Notes: generated by a model not told the origin, from the sequence alone. A stretch of 64,000 nucleotides of DNA from Tubulanus polymorphus (GCF_964204645.1 NC_134030.1:16554110-16618109), one strand, 5' to 3'; counted from the first letter of the stretch, positions 35,863 to 50,304 are shown. Translations and numbers: made by a program.

Positions 35863-35902
35863 TTATTTTACATATTTTATTCGAAATCTATTTCATGGTG
35901 CC

Positions 35903-37295
35903 CTTTTTTAGCTCCGCTGTGACCGAAGGTCAGCGGAGCTGATGGGTTAGGGGGTTCGTCGTCGTCGTCCGTCCGTCCGTCCGTCCGGTGTTCGGTGTCC
36001 GGCGTCAACTTTTTCTTTATATCCCTACTAGTCCTACAGTTCTGATGGGATCTTGATGAAACTTGGTATGAATGATCTATGGGGGAGTGCCTACAAAAGT
36101 CCAGAGCCATAATTTTGATTTTGCATAAATTATGCAAATTAGGGCTATTTTTAGATTTTCACTAAAATCGCTACTCCTCCATCGATTTTCAGCGGATTTC
36201 AATCAAACTTGGTATGAATGATCTATGGGGGAGTGCCTACAAAATTCCAGAGCCATAATTTTGATTTTCCATAAATTATGCAAATTAGGGCTATTTTTAG
36301 ATTTTCACTTAAATCGCTACTTCTACTTCAGTTTTCAGTAGATATCAACCAAACTTGGTACGAATGATGTATGGGGGAGTGCCTACAAAAGTATAGAGCC
36401 ATACTTTTGATTTTGCATAAATTATGCAAATTAGGGCTATTTTTAGATTTTCACTTAAATTGCTACTTCTACTCCAGTTTTCAGTAGATTTCAACCAAAC
36501 TTCATATGAATGATCTATTGGGGAGTGCCTACAAAAGTATAGAGCCATATTTTTGATTTTGCATAAATTATGCAAATTAGGCCTTTTTTAGATTTTCCTT
36601 TCAATCGCTACTCCTCCAATTTTCAGCGGATTTCAAACTTAGTATGAATGTTTTTATAGGGGATTGTCTAAACCAGTATAGAGCCATATTCTAGATTATG
36701 CATAAATTTTGCAAATTAGGGATAATTTTTTTAGATTTTCACTTAAATCGCTACACCTTCTTCAGTTTTTTTCAAATTTGAATTAAACTTTTTATGAATG
36801 ATCTATGGGATGATGCCTACATAAGTATAGAGGATGTTTTGCAAATTAGTTCTATTTATAGATTTATCTTGTCTTCAAATCGCTACTATTCCTACAATTT
36901 TAATCAGATCAATTCCAAATTTGGTATGAATGTTCTATGCACCAAGGCCTATAAAGTTACATAAGTCATTTTTTAGAATTGTCCCCCTAGGGGCGCCCTT
37001 AGGGTGGAGTTTCTATTTCTTCAAATCGCTACTAGTCCTACAGTTTTAATCAGATCAATTCCAAATTTGGTATGAATGTTCTATGGACCAAGGCCTATAA
37101 AGTTGCAGAGCCATTTTTTTTATTCTTCCCTCAGGGGCGCCCCTTGGGGTGGAGTTTCTATTTCTTCAGATCGCTACTAGTCCTATAGTTTTGATCAGAT
37201 CAAGTCCAAATTTGGTATGAATGGTGTTTCCAATACCTACAAAGTACTTTCTTGGCAACCTTTACTTATCTATACTTTCAGATCAACTCAGCGGA
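35903..37295. mobile_element. Non-autonomous Helentron/DINE-like element with an internal 146-bp tandem array
   Basis: T-run, then hairpin agctccgctg..cagcggagct, a (gtcc)n microsatellite and about 9 units starting at 36059, 36205, 36351, 36497 and onward. cagcgga recurs near 37290. Confidence 0.7.
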
Positions 37296-38527
37296 AAATA
37301 ACTGACGGATTCTTGCCTTCAAACGTATAGATTTCGTATCTTGGTATTTCTTCCTGAGTTGATGGTATATAACTGACTGTAGTAATAATTGTTGCCGAGT
37401 TCTCTTATGATTCCTCGCATTTTTAACGTCTGTTTTGCTTTGGAGCGTGGCGAGTTTAGTTGTTGTTGCTGGTTTTTTAAACGATGCCAACGTTTTTTAT
37501 ATCTTTCTTTGGCCCGCTCTTCTGCTTCGAGCTTTGACGTAAGGACATCAATTTTCCGATAAGCCGAACTCCGGTCACGCCTAACTCTACGCCTTCCACG
37601 GTCGGCAGGAGTCTGAGGGGTGATGGGAGGTGATGGAGGCTGAGCAACCTCAGCAATTATCCAGCGCTTTAACTGATCCCTCTATTCCATTTTCGTCTTA
37701 CTGCTCGCTTCTCTCTGCAAGATCTCTCACTAATAGGGATGTATGGATTTCTCTTACGTTTCGCTTCTTTTTCGCGGAACGAAGCATCATTTTTTTCTTT
37801 GCTCGATACTTCTTCGATCGTTCAGCCGCTGTTAAGGTCATTGGGCTACAAAAACAAGGAATTATCTTTGAATATGTATCTACACGGAGGCACTAAAAAG
37901 CCGGCTCCGTTGTAACCGGCTTTTTCGGAGCCTGTATTTTGAAAAGCGCGCATCTACACGATTGGATTCACAGCGAATATTTCCGTTACACAAACGTTGT
38001 AGTGTGGCGCTTTCGGTTACTCAAACGTTGTGGTGTGGTAACTGCACTCCCTTTTAACTTCTGGGTTAAAAATGTTAAAGAATCAGTTAATTAAAAGAAT
38101 TTCTAACTAAGTTGTCATAATAATGGAGCGTATGTCGCTTTGTATATAGATGCTGTTCCTTCAGGTTTTACGTAATCAACACCCGGAAATAAGGCGGTAT
38201 AGCTAAGAACGGCACCCCAATCAGTCGCTTGCCGGTTCAGACTGAATGGAAGATTGTATGAATGAACCGGAACCGAATTTCCCAATTATGTACTTCGATT
38301 TAAATTAAAAATTCTGTAAACTCGACCGGCGATCGCACAACTATTATCAGTTCTTCGATTTCCGATTTCAAAATCAAACCCCCTGTTTCGCTCCCGGCAG
38401 GTGTGGTGGGTTTGTAAGGGACACTCAATCAAAAAATCAAACGAAATTTACCAACTAAATAAATAACAGGGACAATCCCTATTTAAAAAAAGAACGGCGC
38501 TGCCATCTGTTCTAAACGGAGCCGCCT

Positions 38528-38668
38528 TTTCATGATCGTGCATCTACACGGGTGAAAAGCCGGCTTTTTTAAAAGCGGCTCCGTTGGGGCCTACTCGCGA
38601 GTAGGCCTAAACGGAGCCGCCTTTTCAAAAAGTCGGCTTTTCACCCGTGTAGATGCACGATCATGAAA
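38528..38668. repeat. 141-bp near-perfect palindrome (MITE-like)
   Basis: tttcatgatcgtgcatctacacgggtgaaaagcc... centred on ggcctactcgcgagtaggcc. Confidence 0.85.
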
Positions 38669-41600
38669 TTGTACAGTAATATATGATAGTTTGCCGGGTG
38701 ACTGGCAAATAATTATATTTTGGCAATTCATTTATGAAAGTTTGGCGGGTAAACTCGATCTTTATTTCAACTGTTTATCTACGTATGTAACAGTCCGTAG
38801 AGCTAATCTCGATTAAATTTTAAAATAATTCATTTATTAATCATTTAATTCATTTCCGTCACAAGATGGTTCATCTCCATCACGAAACCGAAATGCAAAA
38901 AATGTGACGGAGATGAACGTGACGGTGATGAATCACGAGACATGCACGGGCGACTACGTCTTTTATTGATTTTTTTAGCATGTAGCTAGTTGATTGATTT
39001 TAAGCGCGGTAATGGACTCATTTGACGAATGTATGTTTATTGATACAATGTATAGTATCCCTACTCTGCAGACCGTTTGGAGATGAATGAGGATAAACAT
39101 ACGCACCTGCCACGCGTTAAATTTTGATGCTTTTTTCTTCTCAAATACTCAGAAAACGAGCCGTGTGAAGTCGAGCGTTTGAAAATAGCGCCAAACGATA
39201 GGCGGCGCCACAGGTCGTCACGGATAACCAACTTTTCACTTACCAGTGGTGGCTTTACGTCAACCGTGACGGAGAGGAAAAAAAATTGGGGACACCCTCC
39301 CAAAAATAGAAAAGAATGGAATTATCGATATATCTTTAAGATAGAGGTTATTTTTATTGATTCATATTTTATATACAATATATGTCATTAGATAGGCACA
39401 AATTTTGCAACAGCCACTTCACTGATGTTGAATATTTTGAGTTAGAAAGGCGGACTAGTGTGTCGGGGACATATTTGGTATATATGTGGTATAAATATTT
39501 GGTATATAGTAATTTTATATGGATTAAAATAGCCGTTAGATATAGAAAATTTCTCAAAATTCTATTCAAACAATTAGTTTATTGCTGAAATTATTCATTC
39601 TGGGCAAAGATTATAAAAAATATCGATTTATACGGATTTTTGGAAAAATATCTGTCTGGGACAACAAAAGTGGCTACTCGTGAAGAATGACCCACACAGC
39701 GATTAATGGTATGTTGAAGGGCGCCTCCGTTCCTCCTCTGGTAGGTAGCTCGGGTGGCTCCGATTTTCTGTGCGCGGGCTAGAGAAAAAGGTGACTCCGA
39801 ATAACAGGTGACTCTCGATGTATCTGCTCGGGTTTTAATGATGAAAAAGATAACAAACGCTCGTTATTAGAAATTTTTAAACATCTATTTATTTTCTAGG
39901 CTGATGATAGACTGGTTGCCGGTCGACTTCATTGGACTGCCAGTGCATAATTGGACACAGTCAACCAGTCTTGGTTGATGCGGGACATCATTTTTGTAGT
40001 TAATTCATGACGTAAACGGATTTAACATCCTCATAATAGGATTCTTTATATCGCATAATTTCATAGTGTTGTACATGCCCAAATAAACTCGAAATATCAT
40101 AGACTGGTTGCCGGTCTCTCCCTTCAGTTAGAGACTAGACTGGTTGCCGATCTCTCTACCTTCAGTTAGAGACCGGTTGAACCCATCCTCCATTTTACAT
40201 TTTCGATGCATGTCAAACATGTCAGTATCGAGTTACTTCCGGGTTAAAATGGCGTCTCATCGAATAACCGAAACTAAGAGTAATATCAAAATCGCACTAG
40301 AATGATTGATTACAGTAAATCAGCTGATAATCTATGAATCATAAATGTAATCAGCAAACAAACGGAAATTTAAAGACCGAAGAAAAGGCATTAATTGCTG
40401 TGAGTATCGAATTAATCCGCTGATATTACTCGGAATTCAAATAGCCACTACTGAATTGATACTTACTAATTTTGTAGATAAGAAAAAGGGATCAGCTGTG
40501 ATAGTCATTCTGAGGGAACTTGGCTAAAGGGCGACATGGTTTCTTTGTCAACCTTATGTAAAATATATTCACTCAATTGTTGTGTTTCTGATGATGTGAA
40601 AATGACTAAAGTCTGAATAAAGTTTACAATAGTTGAACTCCTTGTCAGTTTTTTTTATATCTGATATTTGGATCCAACGCGGCATCTCTATATATATTCC
40701 TTATGATACAGACAGCAAGTTGGGATAGACCAGTTATTCAGATCAACTGGATATTTGCAATATTTTCCTCTCCTCATGGACCATACATGATTTTTGCTAG
40801 AAATTGAGTATAAAATCCATCACGACAAACTCTTTTTTACTGGCAATTCTATATTTATTGTCCACTTTCTAGTACAAAACCTTATTCAATATACAGACTG
40901 CCTGACAAGATGGTGACATACGTATTTTACGACATAGCAAATTGTGTGACAACAGAATGACACTGATATCTCGAATAACTCGAATCACAAAGACCAAGTT
41001 TTGACCAGAAAGTAGGCCTAAATCCAAACTCAATTCCAATTGCATGCTCGCTCGTGTAGTAATCTCTTTGATTCGTGATTGAGGTTACTTTCTGAAATTA
41101 AACTGATATACATATACGAACAATTAAACCGGGATTGAGTTTTCAATTCATGTTTCATCCGTTTTTCAAACTTACCATGATACAACAACAATTCATTCTG
41201 TGCATGTTGAGCTCATTCAATTTAATACGTATAACTTCTCATTCTTAAGAAAACCTGAGTTGTATCTCAGAAAATCAACATCAGAACACACACAATGACC
41301 TACAATAAACAATCAACAGAATATTTGTAAATAAGTATTCATTTACTGTTCACAAGTTTTAAAAGACATTGAAGTGAAGTAAGTGAAGTTACCTGTTGTG
41401 TATAGGCTAATATTTTCACCACACGGAATTGACTGCTAGGCCTAATATCTAGTGTCACATTCAGCATAATCAATCAGTCATCTTAAGTGAACAAACAAAT
41501 TGCCGGTGTCGTGGCCTCTGCTGCATGGCTGGTTCAGTTCAGTAAGTCAGTCAGTAGAAATTGGTTATTCCATCTCAAGTTCGTCGGTATTGTTGTCGAT

Positions 41601-43164
41601 TGGCGACCGTTCCTTTGAGCAGGGTAGATTTTGATGGTGCTGTAACGGAGACATACTGCCTTGTATGTCGATATCTTCGAGGCCACACGCAGTACAAGTT
41701 TCCGCAGAAGCGTAACCTGATTTGTGGTCTAGTTTCTTTCTGAGCTCAGACCACTATTCCAAAATCTTCTATATCCTATAGTAAAAACAAGAAATTCGAG
41801 AGTTTAGTTCATATATAAGCGCGTAAATTCAGGGAAAATCCTGCTTATGGCTCATAGGCCAGCATCTTAGCTACGCATTGAAGTGGTTTTCGCCCCACAT
41901 ACCCAACCTAACTTTTGAAATAATCAAACCTTTAGAAAGGAGGGGTATCCCAGTACAGGTATGCCAGTACATCCGAGCCAATTATCTAAGGGAATCCCCC
42001 ACCGTGTTTGGTACTCTTACTCCAAGCAAAAAAAGTCCAGGGAATCCCTTATTTCATCATCAATCGGTCTCTCAGGATCAATGGATTTCATACATATAAC
42101 CGAAATTCGTTACCTATCCCATTTGCAGAAATTATGGCAACATTTATGGGGGACCTCTTCTTCACTCTAGGTACTATTTTTGGGGTCCGGCCCTACGCAT
42201 CTTCGAGCTACTAACCTAATTTTGGTCTGATGCCTGATTAGTACCCAAACTTAAGAATAGCATTAGTTTTTGTACAGATTTAGAAAGAGTGGAGACACCC
42301 TAGTTATACAACGCAATACAATAGCTCTCGGCCAATTACACATGGAAATACATACTAATGCACAAATCGCGCGTATGCGACAAAATCCAAGTTTTCTATC
42401 AATATCATCTAAGTCAAACATTCATTTCAAAATATGAATAAAACAATTATACAGCATTTACTGAATACTTGATAGGTTTTTTCACTGATGGATATAAATA
42501 TATGGCTATGGATGAAAATCAGAAACACAATCTTAAAGCATTTTTTGAAAAAAATGCCATTTACATCATCGAATTGGCTGAAACCTTTAGATTTGGCGTT
42601 TTCTTGCCCAGAAGGCCTAATTCGAATGCACCCTACTGCGTCCACAGGCCTTTGGCCGGGACGAATTTTATATACCAAGCGTAGTTGTCACCAGTACTAG
42701 TTAGGAAAAATATCACAACTGGCCTCTGACAATGTCCTTTCGGTTGCCACGGTTTCAACGAAAATATGCATTTCCTCTACCCCTTAAATTCCTGACAGTA
42801 TCTGGCACCAAAAAGTCAGCCAAACTAGATAACTAAATCAAAGAAAGCTGAATTAATGTGATTATTCTGCATGGGCAAGGATGGCCTTTATGAATTAAGC
42901 TTATGATCCTAGACCGAGCCTCCTACGAGAAAATATCTTACGATTCATGCCTAAAAATTGACCGAAATCTGCGATTCTAGCCTTCTTCAAGCAAAAATAT
43001 TACCAAATCCTACCATGAAACTGATTAAAATCAGCACAATTGGGTCTCAATGAATGCCTCAAGACGACTTATATGTGCAAAAGATGTATAATATAAAATT
43101 ATTTGTGAAATTTCATCAAAACCTCAAAATTTGTCATTTTGGCTGTATTGGCTGTCAGAGTGTC

Positions 43165-43258
43165 ACCCTGATATAATTTGCATCTTTCATATAATCATAT
43201 AGATCTACAATGTCATATCGAACAGTTCATAATATTTCATAGCTCTCTTACATATTGA
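43165..43258 (+). repeat. Dispersed repeat of about 90 bp, second copy at 46381-46472
   Basis: caccctgatataatttgcat..gtcatatcgaacagttcataa in both places. Confidence 0.8.
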
Positions 43259-43539
43259 GTATAAGAAGTTATAGTTATTTGAGTTTGGGAGCATTACCAT
43301 GTAGTTGAGCAGTTTGATATATATCTCAAGTTTCGATTGTTCAATTCAAAGTATTTTTCTAGCTATACATTATTCATAATCAGTTTCATTTCGTTCTGTA
43401 CACTTACGTGGTATACACTTCAAAATATGAAGCGCATACATTGTAGTAAGGATGTTTGTCGCAAAGAAGCATCTCGATTATGGGTACCTGATATCAATGC
43501 GGTTGATATAAGCTTAGTTTCAGGGTTGAATCGGAATAT

Positions 43540-46517
43540 TATGTACTGCTAGATCAACGATAGAAAGATGTATCAAAAATCCCATATATAGTCATTCGGA
43601 TATAAACATTATTAGAGGAGTTTGTGGGGAAGCACATTCAGTAATTGGTAGAATTGATGTACCCATTTGCATTCAATCTCATGTATTAACACATAAGTTT
43701 TATGTATTCGATATGCTACATACAGATGTCATTCTAGGACTGGATTTTTTGAAGGAAAACAATGTAAACATTGACCTTGCATCAGGCACAATTGAATTTA
43801 AAGATGTTTCGATTCCATTAAAGATTCTTAGGAATAAACAAGAGCTGTTCAGAAATAATGCTAAAACGATTAACAGGATAGTTAATACACCAAATACTAA
43901 ACAAATAGTTCAAATAAGTGTCGATACGTTGGCGGAAGGTTCATTGGTTGTTTTCAGGGGCGGATCCAGGGGGATGGGTAGACAGTATTGGAAGGAAATT
44001 TAAGGGCACCTTTCTGATCTTAGGGCACACCCAGTATCCAGGTCAATGCGAGCGCCGAAGGTGCGAAGTCCTTAGAGGGGGGTCTGGGGGCGCACCCCCA
44101 TAAAATTTTGAAAATATGGTACCATTTAAAGGTTTTTAGAGGGCTTCTAGAGAGCAATCCAGAATAAATGAATTCGAGACAAGATTTCAACACATGCGGA
44201 TAAAAAATGAAGCTGGCGAACCCATGAAAGAATGGTTGTCGCCAACTTCGCCTAGTGCTCCTATAATCTTTAAAAGTGCCCATTAACAATTATACAGAAT
44301 ACGGCTAAGTGCCCCTTCATTGTTAACAATCGGCAAAAATTGCCTCGTCTTCACATTTATCCTTATGTCGTGTGCCATCTTCCAAACCAAAAGTGCCCCT
44401 AAAATTTTAAAAATTAGGCAAAAAAGTGCCCTTTTCTTCAACATTTTCCGCGTATAGTGCCCTCTTCTAAAGTACGAGTGCCCCTTTAGCCCTCCCTGAA
44501 AAGGCAAGGAAGGACAAGGTGCCCTCATCTAAAGCATGAGTGCCCCTTGCAAAAGGAAATTTCCCTTTTTAATTTATCATGATTAAAGGCTTTACAAATA
44601 TGATTATCTCTCCTCACTTTCTTGGCAGCAGTATATACCGATTAATTTTATAATTATGCCCGGATTACGGACACGGAATTAGCGGTTGCTGAAATAATGC
44701 CGTCAAAAATATTGCCAGTGAAATTTCGAAGGGCACTTAAAAATTCTAGACCGTATTGGGCAATACGGCTAATACGGTCTGGATCCGCCCCTGACTTCAC
44801 TTGTAGCTCTAGATATTCGGAAGAATCTGCTAAAATCATCTGCGAGGTATCGTGGAATTACATTCTCGACATAGTTTCTACATTTTTCTCTGTCTTCTCT
44901 TGTTCTAAAAAAGAAACAGAAACAAAACATATATTATTTATTGCACACATAACAATTTAAGGTCTTAGTGGTAAGCCTTTAATAGTCTGATGATGAAGCT
45001 AAAGTGGAAAAAATCTGATCGTAAAACTTCACAGCAAAGTGACGGTTACTAACTTCCTGGCTAATCTTACTGAATGGAATGAGCCTCTGTTGATGAGGCT
45101 GGTCTGGGAGGAGAAGGTGGTGTCTTGAAGACGATCATTGACATGTTAGAAGATTAGAACGCAAGAATTAGCTCGTAGACTAACATTACTTACACGGTAA
45201 TCAGCAAACAGTACATGCTTAATGTGTAGCCATTAACTTCCGTGTAGATGGCTTCCTCCATACATTCTTCCAACAATAGTGGGATGAACGATCGAAATAA
45301 TACCGCCTTGTCCACCGGGTCTGACTATTTCAGATGGCTGGGAGTCACCTTCATTTCGGTCTGCAAATTATACATTTAGACTTTACCTACGTACCTAAAA
45401 TGGCGGACGATTCAACTTCATCTTCCGATCTATCTTATTCTTGTCATGATTGTCATGATTTTATGGCGGTGTCAGCACTCATCAATGAACACGAATTGAA
45501 GTCAAGAACTAAGTGGTGCGTCTGGTGGAAGGAAAAGTTCTCTGAATATAGTGATGGTATGTTTATCTTTGTCTCTGACTCTAGTCTTGTTAATTGTTTT
45601 CTATCTATATAGGCCTATAGTACAGTATAATAACTTATAAGCTGATGAGTGTTGTGTTAAGAAAACACTTGTCGTGTTGACATATGGCCTCGCAAACAGC
45701 ATATATACACCAGTACGAATAAGCCTTCCTGTACTGTTTTTCGATACGATCGTATGCCTATAGGCTAATACATGCAGGCGCGTGTCACCGGAATTACAGA
45801 AATTATTGGGGCAAACCACTTCATTTCATTTCAGCGAAATCACAATATATAGCCTAATGGTGATCACTACAAAAATTTGGTCGTAACCAAAATTATTGGG
45901 GGCAGATGCTTCAACGCCCCCCCCCCCCCCCTATGATGCCGCTTTGATAAGCTGCCAGTTTTGCTTGGCCTAGCCTACTTAAACTATAATTTTCTGGTTA
46001 TAATTTTAATTTTATAAATGCTTGACTTGAATGGACTTAATACCAAAACATATTTTTGGTGGGGGTGCAACATGCTTTTTTCTCTTTCACTTACTGCTTT
46101 TTGACTTAATGTTTTTGTCTATACGCCTAGAGTTACTGGTATTCCTAAAGCCGAAAAGGTCATCCCAGTTCTTGAAGTTCCTAGGTCATTACGGTCGGAA
46201 ATATTGAAAGCTTACCACGATTCATTAGTGGGGGGTTGCCACCAGGGTCGAGATCGTCTTTATGGTGTTTTACGTAAAAAAAATTAATATCATTGGGATT
46301 CCATGTTGAAGACTGCGGGAAATATGTTTCTACTTGTGAGAATTGCCAACAGGTCAAACGGAATTATCATAGTCATCTATCACCCTGATATAATTTGCAT
46401 ATTTTGTAATCATATAGATCTACAAAGTCATATCGAACAGTTCATAACATTTCATAGCTCTACTACATATTAATAATAATAATAATATTAATAACAATAA
46501 TAATAATAATGATGATG

Positions 46518-46559
<42 letters not shown>

Positions 46560-47765
46560 GTATAATATAACTTATGACTATAGTGTCAATATGTGCTTTA
46601 AGGCCGTAATCAACATGTGACATTACTCAATATGTTTTCACAATAATTAGCTATAGTCAGTGCTCATCGATAATCAATTAATGTCTCTCAAACATGTCAC
46701 TTGGTGTTTGTTTGTGAGTCCTCATGTCTACAACTTATCTGACACCTAGTTCTAACATTACACTCATTATTGTTGTTCCTGATGGATGGAATCCTGTACC
46801 GCTGGTGTAAATGCTAGTTCCCCAGCCAGCCTGCCGATACAACAACCAGCCGGTTACAGATGGCGGAGAACCGGATTTACCTTCACAGATCGACGGTTAC
46901 ACATCCAACACCCTTACAACCATTACCAATTGAAGGCTTATTCTCCAGATGGCACATTAACTTCCTTTGCAATCTTCCGGAGACACCTGATGGTAATAAG
47001 CATATTCTACTCGTGGTAGATAGCTGGAGTAAATGGCCCGAGGCTTTTCCTCTCAAAACTCAGGAAACAACAGAGGTAGCAAAGGTTCTCTTTAAAGAGA
47101 TATTTTCGCGGTATGGTGCGCCTCATTCTTTAGTCTCTGATCGCGGTAAAACATTTATGTCTAAGTTAGTTGGAGCTCTCTGTGAATTGTTTCACGTGAA
47201 ACAACATTTCACCGCTCCGTACCATCGTCAATCAAACTCAGTTTGCGTGAGAACTAACCAGTACATTTGGCAGTCGCTTAGATCGTATTGTAACTAGGAT
47301 CAGACTAATTGGGATACACTAATGCCAAGTATAATGATGAGTTATAGGCATGTTCCCTCAACTGAAGGTTCAGGTTTTAGCCCTTACCACATGTTATTTG
47401 GTCAAGAAATGCGTCTACCAATAGACACGGCTTTAATTCCACGCCATTCGTTAGCTACTGATCATAAGGCATACTTATCACATATATTAAGGCAGCTGGT
47501 CATATCACGAAATATCGCTAACGAGAATATTAAAAGAGCTCAAAATAAGTATAAAACTCAGTTCGATAAAAAGGCATCAAAACCTCAGTTTCAGATTACT
47601 GATCGCGTTTGGCTAAAAGTCATGAAAGTTAAGAAAGGAAAATCACCAAAACTGTGTAAAAAATACGTAGGTCCCTATTTCATTCAGTCAATAGCTAGTA
47701 AAGGGGCTTATCAATTACGAAGAATCTCTGATAACGTTTTACTCCCATCGCATGTCAATGGGCAG
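43540..47765 (+). mobile_element. Fragmented Ty3/Gypsy pol (protease, integrase Zn finger, rve core, GPY/F) split by insertions
   Basis: VILGLDFL (about 43730), YHDSLVGGCHQG..CENCQ (46200-46350), LLVVDSWSKWPEAF, SDRG and YVGPY. Confidence 0.85.
43955..44793. mobile_element. Non-autonomous DNA element with 15-bp TIRs CAGGGGCGGATCCAG
   Basis: Perfect inverted repeats at 43955-43969 and 44779-44793. Internal aagtgccc/gggcac repeats. No clear TSD. Confidence 0.7.
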
Positions 47766-47949
47766 GGAGTCGAGGCCGCATTTTGATAAAAGTTGATACA
47801 TCAAACATCATCAGTCTCTAAACCAAACTTCTGTGTCACCTGTGTGCGAATAATTGAATTGGACAAAAAGAAATGACTTGAATACTAATTTAATGACTTA
47901 AGTAAAGTTACAAATGCATTAAAACTTTGTATGCAAGATAGAAGATATA

Positions 47950-48948
47950 CTACTCTCCAACCAATTGCAATCTTAAATCGTTTCTATACTGTTCTCCTTC
48001 ATGATCAGCACCTATGATCTCGGCACCATTATTTGCCTCCAGGCCATCGTCAACAACGTCAAGTAAATCTTCAAGATCATCTTCATCTGACATTGAACAG
48101 ATATTATGCAAGACAAATGCAGAGGTGATGATCATAATAATTTTTTTAATGGAATGGACATTGACATAATGGAGACGCCTAAATCGACCTTTAACTCTAC
48201 CAAACGCTCTTTCTATGACTGCTCTATTACTGGGAAACAAGTAATTAAATCGTCTACGAGCTCGAGTCATGTTGCCATCGTTACGATATGGCGTCACTAA
48301 CCATCTGCGACAGGGATAACCTCCATCGCCCAGAATATGTTTGTCACCAAATAAACCGAAATTATTCCACAAGTCACTGTTTTTTAATATTCTCGAATCA
48401 TTCACGCTTCCCGGCCAGCCGACATAAATATGGGTGAAGCGCATGTCGTCTTTACACACTGTCTGAACATTCATGGAATGATATGATTTCCGGTTCACAA
48501 ACACTTGTTTATCTGGCCTGCGTGGAGCTTTAATTTCTACGTGTGTGCAATCAATTGCCCCAATAATTCCAGGAAAACCATTACGTTGGTAAAATCTATC
48601 AGAAATCTCTTCCCGCTCTTCAACTGATGGCCATTTAATTATCTTTTTTTGTAAGTCCATTAGTTATAGCAGATAATACCGTTGTAATACACTTTAGAAC
48701 ACACGATTCAGTAACATCAAACCTGTCTGAGATTTTTCTAATTGTGTCCAATGTACCTAGATACCACAAAGTGGCAAGGATCTTTTTTTCTGCGTTAACT
48801 GCCTGTCGACCTCTGTTTATTACTGCAGTTTGCATCTCTGGTAATGGTTCGAGTAGATTACTCAGAGTTGCATATGTGCCTCGAGATAATCTAAATAAAC
48901 GCTTGAAATCTTCGTCCAAGTATTCACTTGCTATATTTTCTGTGTACA
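47950..48948 (-). pseudogene. PIF/Harbinger (HARBI1-like) DDE transposase
   Basis: FKRLFRLSR, GAIDCTH, GWPGSVND, LGDGGYP, IERAFGRVKGRFRRL and LHN. Frameshift near 48650. Confidence 0.92.
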
Positions 48949-49275
48949 TGTGATATAGAGGTCCTAACTCAGAAGTAAGAACTACGGTTAATAGTTGGAA
49001 AATGTAATTTTATTGTAGTACTCAAAGCGAGAGCTGAGTGTAAGTGACCACGAGTCAGAGAAAAGACAGAGAGCGACGTGTGTCTCTGGGTTTTATACCC
49101 ATGAGGACCACGTCATCAGGAGTGTTAAAACAATAGCCAGAAGGCTAGACATATTATCATTATTATCAGTACTGACCATATGACCAGCACACAGGACTTT
49201 GATTGATCAGGTCATGTGTCCTGAGCACTCGTTTTACGGAACAGTACTGCCTGTAAATAACATGTATTATTAACA
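48949..49275 (-). mobile_element. Solo LTR (327 bp)
   Basis: TG...CA ends. TACA duplication at 48945-48948 and 49276-49279. TATAAAA and AATAAA on the minus strand. Confidence 0.8.
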
Positions 49276-50304
49276 TACATTCTATATATCAGTTGCCCCC
49301 CCTTCAGGTGACTCGACCCCGAGGCACTAGAAAAAAATTCTTAGTCTAAACGTTGACGTTTCATCATCTAAAATAAAATAACCCGATAACCTAAAAATAG
49401 TCAGAAATAAGCTAATCGCAACAAAATTTAGATAGTAGCAAGCACGACGAACGATTCCGAAAGTAAATGTTGAAAATCACTTGAGCCTGTGAGGAATCGA
49501 ACCCCACCGTTGTAAGATTTGACATCCCAACGGTTGCCAGATCCAGGGACATAGCCAAACAAGAATAACGGACTGCCGTGTGGCTTGCAAAACAAAACTA
49601 AACTTGTTCCAACGGCCTTATCTTCACAGGTAGTATAAACCCATTTATGTAAAGCTCTAAACTAATATAGTTGTTAAATAAACATGTTTCCATTTCGTTA
49701 TCCAAATGTAAATACATAAATTCATACGTTGGTCACCACTGAGAAATAGATATAAACGATAAGATATACATATAAACTGGTCACTTGCTCTCTCTCCAGA
49801 AGCAAACAATAACATGATAGGAGTAAACAATAAAAATGTCGTGCAGGATAATACACTAGTTATAAGTTTTTTTTTGTTGTTTTTTTTTTTCATACAATAA
49901 GTCTAATTACGCACTACTTGAAAGCATCACTTTATTTCAGTCTAGTTACTTAGTTGGTCATTTATTAATTTTTTTCTCTAATACAATGATTAGAATTTGG
50001 TGTTAAGGAAAAACCAAATATGTCCTGAGAATGATGCAACGGCCCACCCTCTTTTTCTGTGGAGGGGAGAGGCGTGAACCCCTCAATAAATAAATATAAC
50101 TCACGCAGGCCAATTTTCTGTGTCTGGAGCCGGCCTTCTCCAGTGGGAAAGTAAAGAAGTAAGTGCACAAAATACCGAAACGATAATATCCCAGCGAGAC
50201 ACGCAACCCCAGAACCTGGAAACGGACACGGATGGAAGGTTAGCCTTATGTCTAGCCGCGGTACTGTACTGGGCGTTGAGTGTCGTCATCACCAGCCTGA
50301 TATG

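Larger units (their letters stand above)
27640..35878. mobile_element. Second, partial and rearranged Maverick (copy B)
   Basis: AGTAATAGGG terminus, integrase and structural genes homologous to copy A. Lacks ATPase, MCP and pPolB. The right end is replaced by a Helentron-like element. Confidence 0.9.

Noticed and set aside
37300-43100. Numerous short ORFs
   Set aside because: No domains recognised; they look like non-coding DNA and small repeat fragments.
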